In this document: positions 35,292 through 48,262 of the stretch, piece after piece
How positions within the stretch are numbered: the stretch's first letter is position 1
Layout of the letters: each line of letters begins with the position of its first letter
NCBI GenBank assembly: GCA_038087875.1
Contig: CM075994.1
Coordinates: 9,052,001-9,116,000, forward strand
Length of the DNA stretch: 64,000 bases
Source: Malacoraja senta
Lineage: Eukaryota
Reading direction: 5' to 3'
Notes under the pieces: generated by a model
Databases searched by the model: none
Seen by the model: only the letters and a program-made list of their open reading frames with translations
Told to the model about the DNA's origin: nothing
Translations under genes and position numbers: made by a program

Positions 35292-38200
35292 GTTTTGGAA
35301 TGGTATCACACCGAGTATTTAGCACCGAGTTCTGATTTCCTTTCGCCTTTACGCCAATTGACTTCAACGAATACACGTTCTCCCCGTGACCACGTAAGTT
35401 TTCTCCGAGATCTTCCTCCCACACTCCACAGATGTACAGGTATTGGCTGGTTGTATGTGTAAATTGTGCCGGGTATGTGAGATCATATTGAATGTCGGTG
35501 CTGGCTCGAAGGCCCGAATGGCCTACCCCTGCCCCTATTTTTCTACGTGTCTATGTTTTTCTATGTGTAGGATAGTGTTAATGTGTGCGGGGATCGCTGG
35601 TCGGCGTAGGTAGGGCCAAAGGGCTTCTTTCCGCGCTGTATCTCTAAACTAAACTAAACTAAACTAAACACAAGACGTGATTAATTTTCTACTTAGTCAG
35701 CGTTGAAGATTAAACTAAGATTTCGTTTAGAGATACAGCGCGGAAACAGGCCCTTCGGCCACCGGGTCCGCGCCAACCAGCGATCCCGCACACTAACACC
35801 ATACTACACCCACTAGGGACAATTTTTATTTTTATTTTTTTTATTTTTGCATTTACCAAGCCAATTTAACCGACAAACCTGCACGTCTTTGGAGTGTGGG
35901 AGGAAACCGATTTTCACGGTGGAAATCCACGCAGGACGGGTAGAACGTACAAACTCTGTACAGACAGCACCCGCTAATGGCTGGCGTTTCAAAGCGATTG
36001 TTGCCTTTGCCCTTCTTGGTCGTTGAGACCTTGGCTGGGGGCAAGGAGGTGTGGGAGGAAGTTGCCTTGGCAAACAAGAGAGTTTGGTTTAGAGATACAG
36101 CGCAGAAACAGGCCCTTCGGCCCATCGACCAGCGATCCCCGCACATTAGCACTATCATAGAAACTATGTGCAGGAGGAGGCCATTTGGCCCTTCGAGCCC
36201 GCACCGTCACACATTGGTGTGTATCCTACACACCCTAGGGACCATTTTACATGTACCAAGCCAATTAATCTGCAAACCTGTTCGTCCTTGGACTGCGGGA
36301 GGAAACCGAAGATCTCGGAGCAAAACCCACGCAGGTCACGGGGAGAACGTGCAAACTCCGAACAGACAGCACCCGTAGTCGGGATCGAACCCGGGTCTCT
36401 GGCGCTGTGAGGCTGCAGCTCTACCGCTACCTCACCGATAAGCAAAATCTGTGGTTCGAACCACATTTGACGCTATACAACGCTCCAGGTTTAGCGTTTA
36501 TACAACAGGGCAGGTTTAGAGAGATACGGGACATAAACGCAGGACTCGTGTAGATGGGGCATCTTGGTCGACATGGGCAAGAAATAATACAGCCAGAAGG
36601 GTAAATGCAGAGTAACCCCGTGTGAAATTGTGCAGAGCCATAGATAAAGGCTCTTGGAGAAAGGAATGGGGGGGGGGGGGGTTGTAGACCTAGAAGCACT
36701 GATATTAAGAACAAACCTTTTCATTAATCTCATCTGAAATGGAGGTAAGAGACAACATTTCAGGTTGAGACCTTACCTCAGACTGGAGAAGGGTCCAGAC
36801 TTGAGATGACATCATCCATTTCCCTCTACAGATGCTGCCTGACCCGGTGAGTTCCTCCAGCACTTCGCATTTTCCTCGTGCTTCCAGGACCTTGACGATT
36901 TTCAATCATGTTTCAATGGTACTTAATTGTCATAGTGATTTTTTTTACATCATTCGTAAAGCAAAGCGCATTAAAGCACAGGAACGGGCCTTCGGCCCAC
37001 AATGTTTGTGCGGAACATGTTGCCAAGTTCAGCTGATCTCATATGCCCATACATGATCAATTTCCTACTGATTCCTGCACTCGCTTGAGTCCTTTCGGGT
37101 CAGATCCCTTCTTCAGACATTGAAGGCACTTCCACCATTGATTTGTCCCCAACCGGCACGTCTTCATTGTTATCCGTCACCAGGAGAGGGCGCTCCGACC
37201 CAGAATTATGGAGGCATACAGCACGGAAACAGGCCCTTCGGCCCAACTTGCCCATGTCGACCAAGATACCCCATCTACACTAGTCCCATCCACCTGCGAT
37301 AATATCCAGTATCTCTCTAAACGTCTAAATGTCTCTTAAATGTTCTTACAGCACATAAAGCGTTGTATAGCGTCAAATGTGGTTCGCTATCGAACCACAG
37401 ATTTTGCTTACCGGTGAGGTAGTGGTTGAGCTGTTGCCTCACAGCGCCAGAGACCCGGGTGCGATCCCGACTACAGGTGCTGTCTGTACGGAGTTTGCAC
37501 GTTTTCTCCGTGACCTTCGTGGGTTTTCTCCGAGATCTTTGGTTTCCTCCCACACTCCAAGGACGTACATGTTTGCAGATTAATTGGCTTGGTACGTGTA
37601 AAATTGTCCCTAGAGTGTGTGGGATACACACCAATGTGTGACGGTGCGGGCTCGAAGGGCCAAATGGCCTCTTCCTGCACCTATTTTCTATGATAGTGCT
37701 AATGTGCGGGGATCGCTGGTCGATGGGCCGAAGGGCCTGTTTCTGCGCTGTATCTCTAAACTAAACTCTCATGTTTGCCAAGGCAACTTCCTCCCTCACC
37801 TCCTCGCCCCCAGCTCCGGCCTGAACGACCAAGAAGGGCAAAGGCAACAATCGCCTTGAAACGCCAGCCATTTGCAATTCACGTCTCCTACCATAGATGA
37901 CACAACACTGACCCTTCATCTTCACCAGATCTACATCTATCAACGGTCTGCCCAACGACACGGCGGGAACACCTTCACTGGAAGGACTGTAATGGTTCAA
38001 GAAAGCGAATATTTTAGTTTAATTTAGTTTAGAGATAGTGCCGGGAAACAGGCCTTTCGGTCCACCGTGGCCGCGCCGACCAGCGATCCCCGCACATTAA
38101 CACGATCCTACACCCACCAGGGACAATTTTTACATTTGCCACAAGCCAATTAACCTACAAACCTGTACGTCGTTGGAGCGTGGGAGGAAACCGAAGATCT

Positions 38201-38919
38201 TGGAGAAACCCCACGCAGGTCATGGGGAGAACATACAAACTCGGTACAGACAGCACCCGTAGTCGGGATCGAACCCGGGTTTCCGGCGCTGCATTCGCTG
38301 TAAGGCAGCAACTCTACCCCCGCGCCACCGTGACCGGCCGAGTCGTTACTACTTTCGCAAAAAATATTAATTATATCAATAATAAATTACCAGAGTAGGC
38401 GAATCGAGGACAAGAGGACATAGGTTTATGGTGAAGGGGAAGGGGAAGGGGGAAATATTTAATAGGAATCTGAGGGGTAACTTTTTCACACATAGGGTGG
38501 TGGGTGTATAGAACAAGCTTCCAGAGGAGGTAGTTGAGGCTGGGACTATCCCAACGTTTCAGAGACAGTTAGACAGGTACATGGATAGGACAGGTTTGGA
38601 GACATATGGGGCAAACGCGGGCAGGTGGGACTAGTGTAGCTGGGACACGTTGGCCGGTGTGGGCAAGTTGTGCCGAAGGGCCTGTTTCCACGCTGTATCA
38701 CTATGACACGATGGCTCTAATAAATCCTGACCTGCCAGAGCTGACCTGCTCCCAAGAACTGAAGAAATAATAATAACGCCCTAAGCACTAAGTTATCATA
38801 CGTGGAACAGCAGGTCAAAGTTCAGAAGCGTCATCCACCTGACGCATTATTGATGTGAATTTCTGCGCCCGACGGAAAACACATTTTATTCCCGCCGCAA
38901 GTCTTTAATTTCTCCATTA

Positions 38920-40380
38920 GAAACATAGAAACATAGAAAATAGGTGCAGGATAAGGCCATTCGGCCCTTCGAGCCTGCACCGCCATTCAATATGATCATG
39001 GCTGATCATCCAACTAAGTATCCTGTACCGGCCTTCTCTCCATACCCCCTGATCCCTTTAGCCACAAGGGCCACATCTAACTCCCTCTTAAATATAGCCA
39101 ATTAACTGGCCTCAACTACCTTCTGTGGCTGAGAATTCCACAGATTCACCACTCTCTGTGTGAAAAATGATTTTCTCATCTTGGTCCTAAAAGACTTCCC
39201 CCTTATCCTTAAGCTGTGACCCATGGTTCTGGACTTCCCCAACATCGGGAACAATCTTCCTGCATCTAGCCTGTCCAACCCCTTAAGAATCTTGTAAGTT
39301 TCTATAAGGTCCCCCCTCAATCGTCCAAATTCTAGCGAGTACAAGCCGAGTCTATCCAGTCGTTCTTCATATGAAAGTCCTGCCATCCGAGGAATCATTG
39401 TGGTGAACCTTCTCTGTCTTCCCTCTATGGCAAGAATGTCTTTCCTCAGATTTGGTGACCAAAACTGTACGCAATACTCCAGGTGTGGCCTCATCAAGAC
39501 CCTGTACAACTGCAGTAGAACCTCCCTGCACTTATACTCAAATCCTTTTGCTATGAATGCTAACATACCATTCGCTTTCTTCACTGCCTGCTGCAACTGC
39601 ATGCCTACCATGACACCCAGATCTCGTTGCATCTCCCCTTTTCCTAATCGGCCACCATTCAGATAATAGTCTACTTTCTGTTTTTGCCACCAAAGTGGAT
39701 AACCTCACATTTATCCACATTATACTGCATCTGCCATGCATTTGCCCACTCACCCAACCTATCCAAGTGACCTTGCAGCCTCCTAGCATCCTCCTCACAG
39801 CGAAAACTGCCCCCCAGCTTCGTGTCATCCGCAAACTTGGAGATGTTGCATTCAATTCCCTCATCCAGATCTTTAATACCCCACTAGTCACTGCCTGCCA
39901 TTCTGAAAAGGACCCGTTTACTCCTACACTTTGCTTCCTGTCTGCCAGCCAGTTCTCTATCCACATCAATACTGAACCCCCAATACCGTGTGCTTTAAGT
40001 TTACATACTAATCTCTTATGCGGGACCTTGTCGAAAGCCTTCTGAAAGTCCAGGTATAACATATCCACTGGTTCTCCCTTATCCACTCTACTAGTTACAT
40101 CCTCGAAAAATTCTACAAGATTCGTCAGACATGATTTACCTTTCATAAATCCATGCTGACTTTGTCCAATGATTTCACCACTTTCCAAATGTGCAGCTAT
40201 CCCATCTTTAATAACTGACTCTAGCATTTTCCCAACTACCGATGTTAGACTAACTGGTCTGTAATTTCCCGTTTTCTCTCTCCCTCCCGTTTTAAAAAGT
40301 GGGGTTTCATTAGCTACCCTCCAATGCTCAGGAACTATTCCAAAATCTAAAGAGTTCTGAAAAATTATCACTAATGCATC
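38920..40380 (-). mobile_element. CR1/HER1-like LINE fragment
   Basis: ORFs 39538-40371 and 39102-39632 with RT motifs; duplicate of part of 43560-45870. Confidence 0.93.
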
Positions 40381-42044
40381 ACTAAATTATCACTAATGCA
40401 TCACTGTCTGACCGGAGTCTGTACCTTCTCCCCGTGACCTGCGTAGGTTTTTTTCCGAGATCTTTGGTTTCCTCCCACACAACAAAGACGTGCAGGTTTG
40501 TAAGATAAATTGGCTTGGTAAGTGTAAAAACAAAAAAATATATTAAACAAATTGTCCCTAGTGGATGTAGGATGGTGTTAGTGTGCGGGGATCGCTGGTT
40601 GGCGCGGATCCGGTGGGCCGAAGGGCTTGTTTCCGCGCTGTATCTCTAAACTAAATCTTAGTTTTACCTTTAACGCTGACTAAGTAGTAAATTAATCACG
40701 TAAATTAAATTAATCACGTCTTGTGTTTAGTTTAGTTTAGGTTAGAAATACAGCGCGGAAACAGGCCCTTTGGCCCACCGGGTCTACGCCGACCAGCGAT
40801 CCCCGCACACATTGACACTATCCTACACATTGAAAAACATAGAAGCGTAGAAAAATAGGGACTGGAGTAGGTCATTCGGCACTTCGAGCCAGCACCGACG
40901 TTCAATATGATCACACACTTCAGGGACAATTTACACATACAACCAGCCAATTAACCTACATACCTGTACATCTTTGGAGTGTGGGAGGAAACAGAAGATC
41001 TCGGAGAAAACTCACGCGGTCACGGGGAGAATGTGTGTTCGTTGCAGTCAATTGGCATAATGGCGAAAGGAAATCAGAACTCGATATTAAATAATCGGTG
41101 TGATATCATTCCAAAACGTTATTGAAGTATCGAATGTTTAAACCACAGGTAACACTGAATTGTTGATGCATAACAACCATCGTTATATCATAATATCTCT
41201 CCGTCCTTTAAAATCCTTCACACAAATAGCATAGGTAATATTTCCATCGATATTTACACAAATGGTCATTTGTTAGTAAATTTCATTCAATGCAATGGCG
41301 GTCGAAAAAGATTTGTCCCGAGGAGAGGGCGCTCCGACCCAGAATTATGGAGGCATACAGCACGGAAACAGGCCCTTCGGCCCAACTGGCCCATGTCGAC
41401 CAAGATGCCTCATCTACAATAGTCCCAACCACCTGCGTTTATGCTCCGTACTTCTCTAAAGCTGTCCTGCCAAATGTCTCTTAAATTTTCTTACAGCATA
41501 TAGAGCGCTGTATAGCGTCAAATGTGGTTCGCTATCGAACCACAGATTTTGCATACCGGTAGAGCTGCTGCCTCACAGCGCCGGAGACCCGGGTTCGATC
41601 CAGACTACGTTCTCCCCGTGACCTGCGTGGGTTTTCTCCGAGATGTTCGGTATCCTCCCATACTCCAAGAACGTACAGGTTTGCAGATTAATTGGCATGG
41701 TACATGTAAAATTGTCCCTAGAGTGTGTGCGATACACACCAAGGTGTAGCGGTGCGAGCTCGAAGGGCCAAATGGCCTCCTCCTGTACCTATTTTCCATT
41801 ATAGTGCTAATGTGCGGGTATCGCTGGTCGGCGGGCCGAAGGGCCTGTTTGTGCGCTGTATCTCTAAACTAAACTCTCATGTTTGGCAAGGCAACTTCCT
41901 CCCTCACCTCCTCGCCCCCAGCTAAGGTCTCAACGACCAAGAAGGGCAAATGCAACAATCGCCTTGAAACGCCAGACATTTGCAATTCACGTCTCCTACC
42001 CTAGATGACACACCACTGATCCTTCATCTTCACCAGATCTACAG

Positions 42045-42570
42045 TCAACAAAATAGAGAGAGTACAGAGGAGATTTACTAGAATGTTGCCTGGGTTTCAG
42101 CAACTAACTTACAGCGAAAGGTTGAACAAGTTAGGTCTTTATTCTTTGGAGCGCAGAAGGTTAAGAGGGGACTTGATAGAGGTCTTTAAAATTAAAAGCG
42201 GGTTAGACAGAGTGGACGTGGATAAGGTTTTCCCATTGAGAGTAGGGAAGATTCAAACAAGGGGACATGACTTGAGAATTAAGGGACAGAAGTTTAGGTG
42301 GAACATTAGGGGGAACTTCTTTACTCAGAGAGTGGTAGCTGTGTGGAATGAGCTTCCAGTGGAAGTGGTGGAGGCAGGTTCGATGTTATCCTTTAAAAAT
42401 AGATTGGATGGGGTATATGGACGGGAAAGGAGTGGAGGGTTATGGTCTGAGTGCAGGTAGATGGGACTAGGGGGAAGTATTTATTTTTAATTAAATTATT
42501 ATTTTTTTTAATGTTCGGCACGGACTTGAAGGGCCGAGATGGCCTGTTTCCGTGCTGTTATGGTTATATG
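42045..42570 (+). mobile_element. CR1-like LINE 3' fragment, different subfamily
   Basis: ORF 42083-42460 (RLNKLGLYSLERRRLRGDLIEVFK). Confidence 0.88.
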
Positions 42571-43559
42571 GTTACATCTATCAACGCTTTGCCCAACGAC
42601 ACGGCGGGAACACCTTCACTGGAAGGACTGTATTGGTTCAAGAAAGCGAGTCTTTTAGTTTAATTTAGTTTAGAGATAGAGCGCGGAAACAGGCCCTTCG
42701 GTCCACCGTGTCCGCGCCGACCAGCGATCCCCGCACATTAACACGATCCTACACCCACCAGGGACAATTTTTACATTTACCACAAGCCAATTAACCTACA
42801 AACCTGTACGTCTTTGGAGAGTGGGAGGAAACCGAAGATCTCGGAGAAAACCCACGCAGGTCATGGGAAGAACATACAAACTCGGTACAGACAGCACCCG
42901 TAGTCGGGATCGAACCCGGGTCTCCGGCGCTGCATTCGCTGTAAGGGAGCAACTCTACCCCCGCGCCACCGTGACCGGCCGAGTCGTTACTACTTTCGCA
43001 AAAAATATTAATTATATCAATAATAAATTGCCAGAGTAGGTGAATCGAGGACAAGAGGACATAGGTTTATGGTGAAGGGGAAGGTGAAGGGGGAAATATT
43101 TAATAGGAATCTGAGGGGTAACTTTTTCACACAGAGGGTGGCGGGTGTATAGAACAAGCTCCCAGAGAAGGTAGTTGAGGCTGGGACTATCCCAACGTTT
43201 CAGAGACAGTTAGACAGGTACATGGATAGGACAGGTTTGGAGAGATATAGGGCAAACGCGGATAGGTGGGACTGGTGTAGCTGGGACACGTTGGCCGGTG
43301 TGGGCAAGTTGGGCCGAAGGGCCTGTTTCCACGCTGTATCACTCTATGACACGATGGCTCTAATAAATCCTGACCTGCCAGAGCTGCCCCGATCCAAAGA
43401 ACTGAAGAAATAACAATAACCCCTTAAACACTAAATAATCATACGTGGAACAGCAGGTCAAAGTTCAGAAGCGTCATCCACCTGACGCATTATTGATGTG
43501 AATTTCTGCGCCCGAGGGAATACACATTTTATTCCCGCCGCTAGTATTTAACTTCTCCA

Positions 43560-45870
43560 TTAGAAACATAGAAACATAGAAACATAGAAAATAGGTGCAG
43601 GAGTAGGCCATTCGGCCCTTCGAGCCTGCACCGCCATTCAATATGATCATGGCTGATCATCCAATTAAGTATCCTGTACCTGCCTTCTCTCCATACCCCC
43701 TGATCCCTTTAGCCACAAGGGCCACATCTAACTCCCTCTTAACTATAGCCAATGAACTGGCCTCAACTACTTTATGTGGCTGAGAATTCCACAGATTCAC
43801 CAATCTCTGTGTGAAAAATGATTTTCTCATCTCGGTCCTAAAAGACTTCCCCCTTATCCTTAAACAGTGACCCCCTTGTTCAGGACTTCCCCAACATCGG
43901 GAACAATCTTCCTGCATCTAGCCTGTCCAACCCCTTAAGAATCTGATAAGTTTCTATAAGATCCCCCCTCTATCTTCTAAATTCTAGCGAGTACAAGCCG
44001 AGTCTATCCAGTCTTTCTTCATGTGAAAGTCCTGACATCCCAGGAATCAGTCTGGTGAACTTTACTGTACTCCCTCTATGGCAAGAATGTATTTCCTCAG
44101 ATTTGGTGACCAAAACTGTACGCAATACTCCAGGTGTGGCCTCATCAAGACCCTGTACAACTGCAGTAGAACCTCCCTGCACTTATACTCAAATCCTTTT
44201 GCTATGAATGCTAACATACCATTCGCTTTCTTCACTGCCTGCTGCAATTGCATGCCTACTTTCAATGACTGATGTACCATGACACCCAGATGTCGTTGCA
44301 TGTCCCCTTTTCCTAATCGGCCACCATTCAGATAATAGTCTACTTTCCTGTTTTTGCCACCAAAGTGGATAACCTCACATTTATCCACAATATACTGCAT
44401 CTGCCATGCATTTGCCCACTCACCCAACCTATCCAAGTGACCTTGCAGCCTCCTAGCATCCTCCTCACAGCTAACACTGCCCCCCCAGCTTCGTGTCATC
44501 CGCAAACGTGGAGATGTTGCATTCAATTCCCTCATCCAGATCATTAATATATATTGTAAATAGCTGGGGTCCCAGCACTGAGCCTTGCGGTACCCCACTA
44601 GTCACTGCCTGCCATTCTGAAAAGGACCCGTTTACTCCTACTCTTTGCTTCCTGTTTGCCAGCCAGTTCTCTATCCACATCAATACTGAACCCCTAATAC
44701 CCTGTGCTTTAAGTTTGCATACTAATCTCTTATGTGGGACCTTGTCGAAAGCCTTCTGAAAGTCCAGATATAACACATCCAGTGGGTCTCCCTTATCTCT
44801 AGCATTTTCCCCACTACCGATGTTAGACTAACAGGCCTGTAATTCCCCGTTTTCTCTCTCCCTCCCTTTTTAAAAAGTGAGGTTACATTAGCTACCCTCC
44901 AATCCTCAGGAACTACTCCAGAATCTAAAGAGTTCTGAAAAATTATCACTAATGCATCCACTATTTCTGGGGCTACTTCCTTAAGTACTCTGGGATGCAG
45001 CCTGTCTGGCCCTGGGGATTTATCGGCCTTTAATCCATTCAATTTACCTAACACCACATCACGGCTAACCTGGGTTTCACTCAGTTCCTCCATCTCATTT
45101 GACCCCCAGACCCCTGCTATTTCCGGCAGATTATTTATGTCTTCATAAGTGAAGACAGAACCAAAGTAGTTATTCAATTGGTCTGTTGTATCCTTGTTCC
45201 CCATGATCAATTCACCAGTTTCTCACTGCAAGGGACCTACATTTGTTTTAACTAATCTTTTTCTCGTCACATATCTATAAAAACTTTTGCGGTCAGTTTT
45301 TATGTTCCCTGCCAGGTTTTTTTCATAATCTATTTTCACTTTCCTAATTAAGCCCTTTGTCCTCCTCTGCTGGACTCAGAATTTCCTCTGGTAGGCTGCT
45401 TTTTCGGGCTAATTTGTATGCTTCATCTTTTGTTTTAATACTATCCCTGATTTCCCTTGTTATCCACGGATACGCTACCTTCCCTGATTTATTCTTTTGC
45501 CAAACTGGGATGAACAATTGTTGTAGTTCATCCATGCAGTCTTTAAATGCCTTCCATTGCATATCCACCGTCAACCATTTAAGAATCACTTGCCAGTCTA
45601 TCTTGGCCAATTCACGTCTCATTCCCTCAAATTTACCCTTCTTTAAGTTCAGAACCCTTGTTTCTGAATTAACAATGTCACTCTCCATCCTAATGAAGAA
45701 CTCAACCATATTATGGTCACTCTTGCCCAAGGGGCCACGCACAACAAGACTGCTAACCAACCCTTCCTCATTACTCAATACCCAGTCTAGAATAGCCTGT
45801 TCTCTCGTTGGTCCCTCTACATGTTGGTTTAGAAAACTATCCCGCATATATTCCAAGAGTGTATCTTGTT
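43560..45870 (-). mobile_element. CR1/HER1-like LINE, degenerate with internal deletion
   Basis: ORFs 45344-45874 (APE), 44722-45210, 44471-44776, 44062-44598. Confidence 0.93.
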
Positions 45871-47482
45871 GCATTGTTTACGTCGAAGTCCGTGTAATTT
45901 ACAATGATATATACCTGTTCCAGACTTGCATGCATCACTACTTCAGTACTGTCACGATTAGGAATCACACCATCTCGCAACCGAATGCAGCGCCAGAGAC
46001 CCGGGTTCGATCCCGACTACGGGTGCTGCCTCTACGGAGTTTGCACCTTCTCCCCATGACCTGCGTGGCTTTTTTTCGGAGAACTTCCGTTTCCTCCCAC
46101 ACTCCAAAGACGTGCAGGTTTGTAAGTTAAATTGGCTTGGTAAATGTAAAAATAAAAAATAAATTAAGCAAATTGTCCCTAGTGGGTGTAGGATGGTGTT
46201 AGTGTGCGGGGATCGCTGGTTGGCGCGGACCCGATGGGCCGAAGGGCCTTGTTTCCGCGCTGTATCTCTAAACTAAATCTTAGTTTTACCTTCAACGCTG
46301 ACTAAGTAGTAAATTAATCACGTCTTGTGTTTAGTTTAGTTTAGTTTAGTTTAGAAATACAGCGCGGAAACAGGCCCTTTGGCCCACCGGGTCTACGCCG
46401 ACCAGCGATCCCCGCACACATTAACACTATCCTACACATAGAAAAACATAGCAACGTAGAAAAATAGGGGCAGGAGTAGGTCATTCGGCCCTTCGAGCCA
46501 GCACCGACATTCAATATGATCACACACACCAGGGACAATTTACACATACAACCAGCCAATTAACCGACATACCTGTACATCTTTGGAGTGTGGGAGGAAA
46601 CAGAAGATCTCGGAGAAAACTCACGCGGTGACGGGGAGAACGTTGGAGTCAATTGGCGTAAAGGCGGAAGGAAATCAGACCCGATATTAAATAATCGGTG
46701 TGATATCATTCAAAATCTTTATTGAAGTATCGAATGTTTTAACCACAGGTAACACTGAATTGTTTATGCATAACAACTATACATGTCATAATATCTCTCC
46801 CTCCTTCAAAATCCCTCCCACAAATTGCATAGGTAATATTTCCATCGATATTTACACGAACGGTCATTTGTTAGTAAATTTCATTGAATGCAATGGCGCA
46901 CGTGTCTTAACTAAAAAAAAATATTCCAGAAATAACTGTTAATGACTGCTCCAAAGCTGTTGGAATTAATTAGAAACATAGAAACACAGAATATAGGTGC
47001 AGGAGTAGGCCATTCGGCCCTTTATACTGCCTTTATGCTGCATTTATAACCGACATTTTACTGCACCTGCCATGCATCTGCCCACTCACCCAACCTATCC
47101 AAGTCACCCTGCATCCTCATAGCATCCTTCTCGCAGGTTACATCTTTGTGTCATCCGCAAACTTGGAAATGTTACATTTAATTGGCTGGGTGCATGGAAC
47201 AAGCTACCGGGTTCGATCCTGACTACGGGTGCTGTCTGCACGGAGCATTTACGTTCTCCCCGTGACCCGCGTGGGTTTTCCCCGGGTGCTCCGGTTTCCT
47301 CCCACACCCCAAAGACGTTCGGGTTCGTGGTTTAATTTGGCTTCGGCAAAAATGGTAAATTGTCCCTAATGTGTGCAGGATTGTGCTAGTAGCGCTGGTC
47401 GGGGCCGAAGGGCCTGTTTCCGCGTTACTGAATTAAACTAAGAGAGCGCCGCCGCCTTGTACAGTCCTCTCATTCCCAATGT

Positions 47483-47857
47483 TCAGTGATGGAGAAGTGG
47501 TGGACGCTGAGCATTCACGGTTGCGTACACCACCTGTTGTTCCTTTCTTCTGGGATTCTTCTTCTGCTTGCTCGATGCTGGAGTGTCCATCGGAGCGGGA
47601 TGTCTCAAGGCGCAGTATACGACCGGGTCTTCCCTTCTACCTGCCGCCGATGCTGGAGTGTCTGTTGGAGCGGGATGTCGCAAGGCGGAGTATACGACCG
47701 GGTCTTCCCTTCCACCTGCCGCCGACAGAGGTCCAGCCTCGCCGGGGTCTTTGACCCTAGCCCCATTCTCTCTGGCACCGTGATCCGAACGGTGATTCCT
47801 GTTCGACTTTTTCATATTCAGGTCAGCATAGATTATATTTTTCGATGTGTCATTTTC
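47483..47857 (-). CDS. Gene 3 terminal exon encoding four ITIMs (IIYADL, VVYSAL, VVYCAL, VVYATV)
   Basis: Acceptor tttacattccAG; 125 codons; 75 nt longer than the gene 2 exon because of an internal duplication. Confidence 0.88.
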   Translation of the reverse strand, partial: ENDTSKNIIYADLNMKKSNRNHRSDHGARENGARVKDPGEAGPLSAAGGREDPVVYSALRHPAPTDTPASAAGRREDPVVYCALRHPAPMDTPASSKQKKNPRRKEQQVVYATVNAQRPPLLHH

Positions 47858-47939
47858 CTGGAATGTAAACAGAGTATTTGTTACAAGACTTAAACCCCAA
47901 ACGTGATGTGCAATTGTCCAGCACCTCGTCCCTCTTCTA

Positions 47940-48262
47940 AAGTCCAAAGATCGTAACGGATCCGTAGGAGGCCGTAGGAGGCCGTAGATATGTCGTAAAC
48001 CAGCCGTACGCACTCGGGGTATACTCCCGACTATTTTTTTACTCGTGGACATTTTTTTATCATTATGGAAAAACGTACCTACTTACCTGATGCCCCGAGT
48101 ACCTACGGCTGGCATAACGAGCCGCTACGATATATCTACGGACTCCTACGGACCCGTTACGAACATTCTGCGAGTTTGAATCAAGGGGAAAAGTCGGGAG
48201 GATTCATGAATAACTCGGGAGAATTCGTGAATTACCTCGTAAAGTGGAACAGGCCCTTAAGA
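47940..48262 (-). mobile_element. Non-autonomous DNA transposon/MITE fragment with internal hairpin
   Basis: One terminus TTAA-GGGCCTGTTCCACTT; 47953-48022 is the reverse complement of 48094-48160; absent from the gene 2 intron. Confidence 0.6.

Larger units (their letters stand above)
16975..36580 (+). repeat. Left arm of large inverted segmental duplication (contains gene 2)
   Basis: Colinear reverse-complement matches to the right arm, e.g. 17050-17700/60680-60020, 19500-20045/58140-57669, all exons, 3' flanks. Confidence 0.85.
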
